The notes beneath the pieces are model-generated. The model made no database searches and was not told the origin of the DNA. It saw only the letters and a list, made by a program, of their open reading frames with translations. This document shows positions 7,587 through 16,190 of a stretch of 64,000 nucleotides of DNA, piece by piece (the stretch's first letter is position 1; each line of letters begins with the position of its first letter). A program made the position numbers and the translations under genes. The DNA comes from an uncultured Verrucomicrobiae bacterium (GTDB lineage: Bacteria; Verrucomicrobiota; Verrucomicrobiia; Limisphaerales; Palsa-1400). Where the stretch lies: positions 1,088,001 to 1,152,000 of the forward strand of contig CAVXRD010000001.1 of NCBI GenBank assembly GCA_963764165.1, written 5' to 3'.

Positions 7587-8993
7587 ATGAGTCTCATCTT
7601 TTATGATACTGAGACAACGGGAACTGAAACCTTTTTTGATCAAATTTTACAGTTTGCCGCGGTACGAACCGACGCCGATTTCAATGAACTCGATCGCATC
7701 GACATTCGATGTCGGCTTTTGCCTCATGTAGTGCCTGCGCCGGGCGCAATTACGGTAAACAAACTTAAAGTTTCGCAGCTAATCGACCCTTCTTTCCCAT
7801 CACATTACGAAATGGTTCGTGCCGTTCGCGCGAAATTACTCTCGTGGTCACCTGCGTTGTTTGTGGGCTGGAATTCCATAAAATTCGATGAAGCGCTGGT
7901 TCGCCAAGCGCTCTATAAAACATTGCACAATCCCTATTTGACAAATGCAGGTGGAAACACTCGCTCCGATGTGATGCGTATCGTTCAGGCCTGTAGCATT
8001 TATGCACCTGATGCCCTTGCATTTCCGAAGGACAGTAACGGGCAACTGCAGTTTAAGCTGGAAACGGTTGCGGCTGCGAACGGTTTTTCGATTAAAAATG
8101 CTCACGATGCGATGGGGGATGTGGAGGCAACCATCTATCTGTCCAAACTGCTGGCAGAAAGGGCCGCCCGGATTTGGTCGTGCTTTATGCGGTTCAGTAC
8201 AAAAGCAGCGGTGGTTGATTACATAAGCAACGAGCGAATATTTTGTTTAAGCGACGTTTACTTTGGGAGACCGTATTCGTACTTGGTTACAACAATTGGT
8301 CAGAACCAGGCTAACACTGCCGAATGGTATGTTTATAATTTAGAGGTTAATCCCGAATCCTTGATGTCGCTTTCGAAACAGCAGTTAATGGTTCGCCTCG
8401 ACCAGTCAAAAAAGCCAATCCGTAAACTGAAATCAAATGCGGCTCCAATGCTGTTTTCATCCGACGAAGCCCCGGAAACCTGCGCTGGAATTGAACACGG
8501 TCCGGACGAACTGGAACGTCGCTGCGTATTTCTGGAAAGCAACACTAAACTGCGTGATCGGATCGTGGCCGCCTTTGAAGCAATTCAAAAAACATATGCG
8601 CCATCAAACCACGTTGAAAAACAAATATATGACGGATTCCCGCAAGAGGCTGACGAAAAACTGATGACGGAATTTCACGACGTTCCGTGGGCGCAACGAA
8701 CTGAAATCGTGGAAAGATTCTTGGATTCGCGCCTGAGGAAGATTGGAAGGCATCTGATCCACACTGAACGACCTGACCTTTTGGAAAAACACATTCGTCG
8801 GGATCACGATTTGGCGACCGCAAAAAGATTACTTGGACACGGCGAAGAAATTGCTTGGGTGACCTTGCCGGAAGCTCTTAACGAAATCGAACAATTGGTA
8901 AAGAGTGCCAAAGGAGCGGCGTCAATATTCTTTCAGGAACATGAGCAATATCTAAGGAAGCGGCATGAACAAGCCCTCATTCATGTAAAATAG
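7587..8993 (+). CDS. sbcB: Exonuclease I-like DEDDh 3'-5' ssDNA exonuclease
   Basis: YDTETTG, QFAAVRTD, WNSIKFD and HDAMGD motifs. C-terminal QIYDGF and RFLDSRL. Length 468 aa. Confidence 0.85.
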   Translation: MSLIFYDTETTGTETFFDQILQFAAVRTDADFNELDRIDIRCRLLPHVVPAPGAITVNKLKVSQLIDPSFPSHYEMVRAVRAKLLSWSPALFVGWNSIKFDEALVRQALYKTLHNPYLTNAGGNTRSDVMRIVQACSIYAPDALAFPKDSNGQLQFKLETVAAANGFSIKNAHDAMGDVEATIYLSKLLAERAARIWSCFMRFSTKAAVVDYISNERIFCLSDVYFGRPYSYLVTTIGQNQANTAEWYVYNLEVNPESLMSLSKQQLMVRLDQSKKPIRKLKSNAAPMLFSSDEAPETCAGIEHGPDELERRCVFLESNTKLRDRIVAAFEAIQKTYAPSNHVEKQIYDGFPQEADEKLMTEFHDVPWAQRTEIVERFLDSRLRKIGRHLIHTERPDLLEKHIRRDHDLATAKRLLGHGEEIAWVTLPEALNEIEQLVKSAKGAASIFFQEHEQYLRKRHEQALIHVK

Positions 8994-9077
8994 GCGGATT
9001 TTTCATCCAATTCTTCCTACAAAAATCACTTTTCAAGATCAAGGTCAGTCGGGTGCTTGTCCGGTGCCTTGGCCCAT

Positions 9078-9449
9078 TCAGTCAAATAATGAAGCCTGCG
9101 GCGACCGTTTCCTGTCCAGAAGGCTTTCTGGCGTCACATCCACTTCATAAAGCCCAAGCTGCCCTTTCACGGGAAACGGTTCAATGGCTCTTATATTTTG
9201 AAGCACCCATGCGAAAGCGTTGGGGTAAATAGAACACTGGGCCGCAACCTCGTCCGCCTTTGTCATCACCCGGCAATCAACAAGGTTTGCAACTGCAACA
9301 GCACATCCGGCAGGCTCAATGTTTGGGACCTTGGAAGATACCAAGAGAACCTGGCCCCGGTATAGCGTCGCCCATTCCCGCGTTTCAATAGTTTTTTTGC
9401 CTGATGCAATCAGGTTGGCCCATGGCTGTTTTATGGAAATTGCCTTCAT
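9078..9449 (-). CDS. ASCH domain protein
   Basis: SIKQPWA...GKKTIETR (GxKxxExR) and PVKGQLGLY motifs. Confidence 0.9.
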   Translation of the reverse strand: MKAISIKQPWANLIASGKKTIETREWATLYRGQVLLVSSKVPNIEPAGCAVAVANLVDCRVMTKADEVAAQCSIYPNAFAWVLQNIRAIEPFPVKGQLGLYEVDVTPESLLDRKRSPQASLFD

Positions 9450-9459
9450 CGGTTACGAC

Positions 9460-10836
9460 TTAAATTCCCAGCAGTCGCTTTGACTCGGCGGAAGCCATGA
9501 CGCCAAGATTTTTCAAAAAATCATTCGACCAGCGAAGAAGCATGTCTCCCCACGGCGCGTGCGTCGTGATTTTTTTGTCTCCGAATCTTTCGGCAGTGGC
9601 GACCGGAAAAAATCCGTGCGAGAGCACAATGATTTCCCGACTCAACGGAGAACAGGTTGTAACCTTGCGGGCGAATGAAACTAGAGCGCGAAAATCCATT
9701 TGTTTCGTTGTGTCAACGGAACCGAGATTTTCAAACAGTTTGAACCCATAATCATTAGCTGAATCAAGCCCCGCCTCTTTCATGGCGATTCGCCGATAGA
9801 TGCACGGGACGCAATAACCACAGTGGCGGACGCCTAAATTTTTATACCTGCTGGGTCTTGCGCAGGAAACGGACCGGCGCATTGCTTGTGCCAGTTTTGG
9901 ATCAAGACTGCGGAGCATGTCTGTTTTGCTTTCAAACAGAAACGGGTTTTTGATGTTTCCTTTGAAGATTCCCGTTGAATGCAAAAAGTCGGCAAGCTCC
10001 ATCAGATATTTTGGATGTGCGGTGCGGGTGCTGAGTGTTCCAAGGCGGTTTTTCCCAAGCGGAGGATTGAGTGCAATCAGTCCGTTCTCTGGTATGTAAA
10101 CCGTGTCGATCTTTGCATCATTGGCCAGTGCTATTGCGAGGCTAAGAAATAAAAGTGAGCGCGGGCGGTGCGTTTCCTCGCATTTGTCAGGAAGGTTATA
10201 GCGGTGATCGGCTGTAAATGCCCGCGCTGCGCGACATTGAATTAGCTTCAACTGCTTTGGGAACATTGTTCTCAGCACCTCCGCAAGTTCAGTCTGCGCC
10301 GAAGCCGCCGTGCCATCGGCCTGATGACCGCACAACAAAAGTTTTTTCCCCTGCGACAGCAACTTGTGTGCGCCGAGGAATGAATCTATTCCCCCGGAGA
10401 ACAGACAGACAGCGTCAAAACCAACGGGCAGATGCAAACGATGGGTTCCGAATCCGTCCAATGCAGGCCGGTCGCACCAGGTAAAACGATATTTGTCACC
10501 GGCCAGTGTTTCGAGCATCTGGCTGAGGGGGGCTTGATTTGCCGTCCACAGCTTGGGATTCTTTACCGGAAACAGAATGTCGAATTCACGGGTCCAGTCA
10601 TCGCCTCTTTCTTCGATCTCATCGACAATGTAAACCAGCGTGGCAAGGTCCAGAAAGTCCCGTGTCAGCGGTTCGTGGGAAATTTCCAATGGATGCGAAT
10701 CCATCTCCAAACGTAGCGTAACATTTGCGCCGCCGGGCACAGAATTGACGATGGTGTAGCCAGAATCCGCTGCCAGGCTTTCGAGGTAAATCGTGGGCAG
10801 CTTGTCTCCTTTGCCTACATAACGCACGGCCTTCAT
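9460..10836 (-). CDS. qatC: QatC, QueC-like PP-loop ATPase of the Qat anti-phage system
   Basis: SGGIDS PP-loop, RSLLF, PENGLIALNPPL, STRTAHP, NPF..KT, SC...HCGYCVPCIYRR. Confidence 0.9.
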   Translation of the reverse strand: MKAVRYVGKGDKLPTIYLESLAADSGYTIVNSVPGGANVTLRLEMDSHPLEISHEPLTRDFLDLATLVYIVDEIEERGDDWTREFDILFPVKNPKLWTANQAPLSQMLETLAGDKYRFTWCDRPALDGFGTHRLHLPVGFDAVCLFSGGIDSFLGAHKLLSQGKKLLLCGHQADGTAASAQTELAEVLRTMFPKQLKLIQCRAARAFTADHRYNLPDKCEETHRPRSLLFLSLAIALANDAKIDTVYIPENGLIALNPPLGKNRLGTLSTRTAHPKYLMELADFLHSTGIFKGNIKNPFLFESKTDMLRSLDPKLAQAMRRSVSCARPSRYKNLGVRHCGYCVPCIYRRIAMKEAGLDSANDYGFKLFENLGSVDTTKQMDFRALVSFARKVTTCSPLSREIIVLSHGFFPVATAERFGDKKITTHAPWGDMLLRWSNDFLKNLGVMASAESKRLLGI

Positions 10837-10849
10837 GTCAAATCCCTTG

Positions 10850-11659
10850 TCACAATGCTTTCAGCCTTCCTTCAAGTTCCGACACCAATTCGTTTCCAAG
10901 TTTTATACCGCCTTGTCCGAACCAGTCGGTTTTGTCAAAACGCCCCGATGCTTTGCTTTCCTTGATTAAGGATTCCACATGTGACCGGCAGGATTGTCCG
11001 ACGGCAATTCCCAATCCCTCCGCACCAGCACCTTCGGCCTTAAATTCCGCATGGCTTTGAACGGCATTCCAGACACGGTCAAAGACATAATTTGTCAGGA
11101 AGGACTGCACGAGTCCTTCGACGCCGTTTTGATCGAAAAATGCTTGCAGCGCTGTTTCCAAATCGTTGTATTGACCACCATCTTCAAGGGCAGCCACTTC
11201 AATTAAGGTGTCTTTCAAGGCGTCACACAAAATATCGCGCTGAAGGGGATCATCGTTTTCGGCAAGATGCTCTGCAATTTTGGCGATAACTTCAGCGGCT
11301 GGTTTGCCTTTTAGGTCGCCTAGGCCAAGCGAACCAAGCGCTTCGTCCAATCCGCCATGTTGAAATGCACCACCGAATCCACCCAAGCGAGAGGTTACCC
11401 CTCCAATTGATGCACTTCGTCCGCGACCACCGCCGCCACCGCCGCCACCGCCGCCGCCAGCACCACCACCACCACCGCCACCGCCACCGGATCGTGCAGC
11501 TTGCGAAGGCAATCCCAAACCACCCAGGGCGCGGACGGTTCCGCCGACTATTCCTGCGGGGGTAGCCTTGGCACCACCATTGAGGTTAAGCGTGATTTCC
11601 TTTTTGACCGGCGTCCATTGCCCGCCGCTTGGCGTTGGTTTTCCTTTTGATGTTCCCAT
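10850..11659 (-). CDS. qatB: QatB-like protein
   Basis: MGTS N-terminus, Gly-rich linker, and ALGSLGLGDLKG motif. Lies between the KAP NTPase and QueC-like genes. Confidence 0.8.
   Translation of the reverse strand: MGTSKGKPTPSGGQWTPVKKEITLNLNGGAKATPAGIVGGTVRALGGLGLPSQAARSGGGGGGGGGAGGGGGGGGGGGRGRSASIGGVTSRLGGFGGAFQHGGLDEALGSLGLGDLKGKPAAEVIAKIAEHLAENDDPLQRDILCDALKDTLIEVAALEDGGQYNDLETALQAFFDQNGVEGLVQSFLTNYVFDRVWNAVQSHAEFKAEGAGAEGLGIAVGQSCRSHVESLIKESKASGRFDKTDWFGQGGIKLGNELVSELEGRLKAL
11426..11488 (-). repeat. GGT/GGC codon tract encoding G9-A-G11 within qatB
   Basis: (ccr)n run on the + strand. Confidence 0.85.
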
Positions 11660-13449
11660 TATGGGTTGCCTCCCCGGCGCGAGTTTTTACTGGGCCTGCT
11701 GAGCGCATCCGCAATTGTTGAAGCCTTTTTGAACTTGGCCGTGACCGTATCTGGAACATCCGCACCCGCGTCTTTTGCCTTTTGCAAAAGAGTTAGCGCC
11801 GCCAACGCTACAGCGGTTTTACTGCCGTCCAGTTCGCCAACAGGTTTTACCATTGTTTTGAATAGCTCCTTGTGGGTTGCCCCAATTTGAGACAAGCCGC
11901 CTAGAATATTAGCGATGGCAGTTGCGTCCGCTGCCGATGGCAGGTCTACCAAAAGCTGGCGCACAACGGCTGATGCCAAAGCGGGTTCCTGCGCGGCGGC
12001 CCGCTTTGAAGCTGAACGGGACATCAGTGAATCAGTTCCTTCGATGGCGCGGACAAGCTGTTTGGTTTTTTCATCCACTGACACGATGCCAACCGGCTGT
12101 CCATGGCTGAGCGAAGTTTGGGCAAGGAAAAGATAAGGCGTGAGGTTGGTGTTTCCGTCCAGTCGCGGTTCCGCGAGCATGAAACCGCAAAGCCCCGGTT
12201 CTCCCAGGAATGAGTTCAAAGTGGGTGATTGCTCCGTCACCGTTTTGCCATCGCCGGTCTGAACAATCTGAGCGAGCAATTCGCTGGTCCCTGTCGCCGG
12301 GTCGATGGTTTCAGCAAGAATGCTGAAAAATTCGGCCCAAACATATTCCAGCACGGCAAATTTCACCAAGAGTTCAGGCTTAACATTGGGAAGCATGTTG
12401 GCTTCGACCAGTTGTTGGCGCAGCGAAAGAATATTCAGGAAGCGTTTAATCTGGCGCGGGTTGCCCCGCAGTCCCCGCGCAAGCGTGTCAACAAACGGGA
12501 GGACGCCTGTGAGTTCCTTATCAATCGCATCCTGTGTGGTCGAAAGCACCATTCTATTTTCAGAAACCCATTTTGAGAATACCCCGGCAAGGTCGCCTAC
12601 ATGGGAATAAAACCCGGAGCGGGCATCGCTTAATTTTGACCACGCACTTTCGTTCAGGTGCCTGCCGATTATCAGCATTCCGACGTAACAGCCAATATCG
12701 CGCACGTCCTGCGCGGGAATGCTGAACGGTATCTGGACGATCTTTTCCAGATAATCCTTTTGCCGCCTCAAATCATTGCCGACTTTGTAAACCTCGCCGA
12801 CGGCGTGCTGAATCTTTTCCGCGTCCGCGCCGATCACGAAGGTGCAGGCGGGCGTATTCAGGAAAAGTTTAATGGTCTCGAATGTTTCGATGACCTTGGC
12901 GCTCGAACACCGGTCAAGGTCGTCGATGAAAACGACGATCCGGTCAATTCCGACAAGCTTGAGCAATTGTTTGAAATCGCCTTCAAACGATTCCATGGTA
13001 TCGGTCACTTTGTCCGATTCCTCTTTGAAGCAGTTGGCGAATTCCTCGACATTGGGCGTCATGGTGATGGCGCTTTTCATGAGAAATTTGCCAAGCTTCA
13101 AGACGCTCGCGCCTTTTTTCAGTTTGTCGATAAGCTGCTTGGCCTCGCCAGCAAGCGTCACGTCCCTTTGAAGATTGGAGAGGATGGCGTGAATGAGGGC
13201 GCTTTGCGCTTCCTCCCGGCCTTCATACATCCAGGCATTGAACCACAGTGTGCTGCGCTTTTTCTCAGCCTTGGTAGCCTCGATGGTCATCATCATCATC
13301 TGCATCAGGCTCGTTTTCCCGCTGCCCCACGGACCAAATATGCCAAGCGTCAGCGGTGCCAGGTCTTTATGGGTGCAAATGTTGGCAAGCACCGACACAT
13401 AAGTGCTGTAGCCGAGGCAGTCTTGGCGTGTTTCACGGTCTGACCACAT
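11659..13449 (-). CDS. qatA: QatA, KAP-family P-loop NTPase
   Basis: MWSDRET start, GPWGSGKTS Walker A, FNAW, VVFIDDLDRC Walker B, YLEKIVQIPF, NPRQIKRFLN. Confidence 0.9.
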   Translation of the reverse strand: MWSDRETRQDCLGYSTYVSVLANICTHKDLAPLTLGIFGPWGSGKTSLMQMMMMTIEATKAEKKRSTLWFNAWMYEGREEAQSALIHAILSNLQRDVTLAGEAKQLIDKLKKGASVLKLGKFLMKSAITMTPNVEEFANCFKEESDKVTDTMESFEGDFKQLLKLVGIDRIVVFIDDLDRCSSAKVIETFETIKLFLNTPACTFVIGADAEKIQHAVGEVYKVGNDLRRQKDYLEKIVQIPFSIPAQDVRDIGCYVGMLIIGRHLNESAWSKLSDARSGFYSHVGDLAGVFSKWVSENRMVLSTTQDAIDKELTGVLPFVDTLARGLRGNPRQIKRFLNILSLRQQLVEANMLPNVKPELLVKFAVLEYVWAEFFSILAETIDPATGTSELLAQIVQTGDGKTVTEQSPTLNSFLGEPGLCGFMLAEPRLDGNTNLTPYLFLAQTSLSHGQPVGIVSVDEKTKQLVRAIEGTDSLMSRSASKRAAAQEPALASAVVRQLLVDLPSAADATAIANILGGLSQIGATHKELFKTMVKPVGELDGSKTAVALAALTLLQKAKDAGADVPDTVTAKFKKASTIADALSRPSKNSRRGGNP

Positions 13450-14277
13450 AATATTTTCCTGAAGATTCGTTCCCCCGTCTCTTGGGCGCGAATGATCGAG
13501 AACTATCGTAGGCTGGGGAGGAAACAGGGCAACCTAAAAGTGCAGGCGGGGACATCCTTGCAGCGCTCTGAAAAAAACAAATAAACCGTTCGGTCTTGAA
13601 TCGGTTGGCATCGGTATCGCCGTGAGTTCGGCGGGAGAGGAAACAAGTTGGAAATGTTGGCTGGTTTTGGCGCGAAACGCCTCGTCATTGTACGGCCCGT
13701 CTGCGCCTGTCAAGGTAGTGCCCCCGTCTCCCGCTGCCTCCACCTTGACAGTGCTCGCCGGGCCTGGGGACTTTGCTCTTAGGATTTCGCGCCGGGAATA
13801 CTGCCAAGAACAGGGAAACCGCATTGGGACGGATGACCCGAACGATGGATTGACCACTCCGACCCGCTCACGAAAGTTGTAATGCCTTCGTTACAACCTG
13901 ATTCCTCATTCTCTGTAATTCTGTGCTCATGGTTAAGGCTATATATCGGGTTGCCGAAGCAGATTGTCCGCATTTGCGGACAAAGTTTTCCCGGCTGTGC
14001 GGTACGGTGCCAACGATGAGAGCAATTGTTCATCGTGCCATGCCTGCCGGAAACATGCGGCAGGATGTTCAGAAGCCTGAACAACTTGATGCCACATCTT
14101 CTGGCAACATAACGACCGTGAGAATGGCTGTCAGGCCGCGAAGTCCGCCAGCAGCGACAACGTATTTTGTGTCCCTGATACACCTGACGGTCCTGTGGTT
14201 GTGCCAAAATAAGACAATGGAAACGATTGTTCATGGTCTGCACGAGCACAAAGCGGCCTGACAAGAAGGTGGTTTGA

Positions 14278-14625
14278 GTGAAAAAGTTGAATTTGACGGG
14301 CAGACTGGTCAACAAGCTCCGCAACGAGCGCGGCTGGACCCAGGATGAATTGGCCGACCGCCTGCAAAAGGCCGGTTGGTTGATCTCGCGCAGCGGCGTT
14401 TCAAAAATCGAGAGCGGTTTTGTTTATGTCCACGATTTTCAAATCCAGGTCTTCGCTTACGTGTTTCGCGTTCCGGCCATCATTTTCGTCCCCACCCTTG
14501 ACATGAGCAAACCGATTGACGAGACCCTTGGCCGCCTCATTTACAACGAGAAGCATGGCCTTGCGTCGAAAACGAACAAGATGTTTCACGCGGCCTTGTT
14601 CGCCGCCAGCGGCAAAGCCGCTTGA
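14278..14625 (+). CDS. XRE-family HTH transcriptional regulator
   Basis: LRNERGWTQDELA...ISRSGVSKIESG. Confidence 0.85.
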   Translation: MKKLNLTGRLVNKLRNERGWTQDELADRLQKAGWLISRSGVSKIESGFVYVHDFQIQVFAYVFRVPAIIFVPTLDMSKPIDETLGRLIYNEKHGLASKTNKMFHAALFAASGKAA

Positions 14626-14635
14626 AACAGAATTT

Positions 14636-14842
14636 ATGGAAACCGTCGCCAAACCCGAAGAACCATCCGCCATGACTGAACGACTGGCTTATTCCATCGA
14701 GGAAGCCGCAGCCATGCTCGGCGTCCACTATTTCAGCGTTTACAGGCTGATTCAGCGCGGAAAGTTAAAGCCATGCCGCGCCTTGCGCGGCAAGCTGCTG
14801 GTGCCTCGCGCCGAACTGCTCAAACTGTTAAAGTCCGAATGA
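14636..14842 (+). CDS. Excisionase-like HTH (HTH_17) protein
   Basis: LAYSIEEAAAMLGV...VYRLIQRGKL pattern. Start ATG 14636 (or 14672). Adjacent to the island boundary. Confidence 0.85.
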   Translation: METVAKPEEPSAMTERLAYSIEEAAAMLGVHYFSVYRLIQRGKLKPCRALRGKLLVPRAELLKLLKSE

Positions 14843-15076
14843 GGACGCCCGCCTACGACGGCGTGGATAAGGGCATACTTGACAGAAAACTAGCCGGGGC
14901 CGGGACATGAACCGACTGGCCAATGATTTCCAGCGCCGATTCACCCACGGGGTTTCCAACTAGGAGACGCTGCCCACATGCAAAAGCATGGTCGCGGAAT
15001 TTGGGTTTGACTGCGGCACAAGACCTCTTCGATTTCGTTTTGACAGTCGTATTGCGCTTGCGCCATAGAGAAAAAG

Positions 15077-15100
15077 TTGTCACCCGACTTGTCACCCGAC
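15077..15100 (+). repeat. Perfect 12-bp tandem repeat TTGTCACCCGAC x2, candidate integrase arm-type site
   Basis: Seen directly, about 135 bp inside the tRNA junction. Confidence 0.65.
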
Positions 15101-15236
15101 TGGAAAAATTCAGTCTTTATGAGTCCAAGTGAGTGCAAGCTGAATCACGGCGCAACAATCTTGTGTAAAGGCACTTGCAACGAAAGCAACCACTTTGAAA
15201 AGATGGCAAAAACTGGCTAAAATCAACCAAACTTGC

Positions 15237-15276
15237 TCCCAAACCAAGTGCTCTAGCCAGGCTGAGCTACGCTCCG
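15237..15276 (-). tRNA. 5' half of tRNA-Pro(TGG), truncated after the anticodon loop (att junction)
   Basis: Minus strand reads CGGAGCG TA GCTC AGCCTGGCTA GAGC A CTTGG TTTGGGA and then diverges. No T-arm (GGTTC) or 3' acceptor follows. Confidence 0.85.
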
Positions 15277-15358
15277 TTCTCCAGAACTGCCATCTTCGCA
15301 CATTCCCCGCCCGTTGCAAGCGCTACCACAAGGTTTCTTTGACGACGAGGGGCGAAAT

Positions 15359-15519
15359 AATCTGGAACTCAGGAAATCAGGAACAGAGGCCGGAGGCATT
15401 TTCGGGCGACGGGAGGCAACGTGAATTACAGATATAAATAGCGGGCCCGCCCCCCGAATTCACGGCCGACGTGAACATCAACCCCCAGCCTCTTTTCCAG
15501 ATTTCCTGAGTTCCAGATT
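15359..15519. repeat. 161-bp element with 32-bp terminal inverted repeats (REPIN/MITE-like)
   Basis: AATCTGGAACTCAGGAAATCAGGAACAGAGGC (15359-15390) matches the reverse complement of 15488-15519 with 2 mismatches. Confidence 0.75.
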
Positions 15520-15587
15520 CAATTTTTCCCATCGGGACGCGCCCGATTGAGGTTGACACCATCCACTTTGCCTGGCAAAGTAAAACC

Positions 15588-16190
15588 ATGCAGTCGGAAT
15601 GGGCAGCGGAAAATTTGCAGGTGATTCGCACCTTGATGGAGCGCAGCGCGGTTTACCGCCGCGCCCTGGCGCCCGTCATGGGCGCGATCGGCTTGACAGG
15701 TCTCGTGGCGGGCGTGGTTGCCGTCAAGATGAATGTGAACACGGGCGTTGGTTTTGCGGCGTTTTGGATGGCGGTGGCCGTTGTTTGTTTGACTGAGGCG
15801 TTTCTCCTCGTGCGCAGGCAGGCGCTGGCCGACGCCGAATTGTTCTGGTCGCCGCCCACCCGCCGGGTGGCCCAGGCGCTTTTTCCGGCGCTTTTCTGCG
15901 GCACGGCGGCCGGATTGGCCTGCATGTGGTTTCATCCCAATGACGCCTGGCTTCTGCCCTCGGCTTGGATGGCGCTTTACGGCTGCGCGATGCACGCCGC
16001 CGGATATTTCATGCCGCGCGGATTCAAACTTTTTGGCTGGGGATTTATCGTTGCCGGCTGCGCCTGGATGACCGCCGCAACGACGTCCTTGGCCGTGGCA
16101 AGCTGGGCGATGGGCATTTTCTTTGGCGGCGCGCATGCGGCCTACGGGCTTTATCTGCATTTCACCGAATGGCGGGGGAACGGAATGTGA
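15588..16190 (+). CDS. Multi-pass membrane protein
   Basis: About six hydrophobic segments; AAENLQVIRTLMERS N-terminus; coupled to a wHTH gene. Confidence 0.75.
   Translation: MQSEWAAENLQVIRTLMERSAVYRRALAPVMGAIGLTGLVAGVVAVKMNVNTGVGFAAFWMAVAVVCLTEAFLLVRRQALADAELFWSPPTRRVAQALFPALFCGTAAGLACMWFHPNDAWLLPSAWMALYGCAMHAAGYFMPRGFKLFGWGFIVAGCAWMTAATTSLAVASWAMGIFFGGAHAAYGLYLHFTEWRGNGM

Larger units (their letters stand above)
1..15243. mobile_element. Integrative defence island, right end at the tRNA-Pro(TGG) anticodon loop; left end outside the window
   Basis: Recombinase, ParB, excisionase and defence genes. Visibly more AT-rich than the sequence after 15.3 kb. Ends at a tRNA gene truncated exactly after the anticodon loop. 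Confidence 0.8.

Noticed and set aside
11426..11488. Phase-variable tract in qatB
   Set aside because: It is a mixed-codon trinucleotide run that keeps the frame, and Gly-rich linkers are usual in QatB.
14066..14083. Verrucomicrobial LexA box
   Set aside because: Spacing is TGTTC-N8-GAACA rather than the N4 spacing I recall for that motif.
13876..14263. Retron msr-msd or DGR template
   Set aside because: No reverse transcriptase in the window and no TR/VR repeat pair.
15237..15276. Intact or intron-containing tRNA-Pro
   Set aside because: No T-arm or acceptor 3' strand follows, and I saw no group I intron core or 3' exon in the window.
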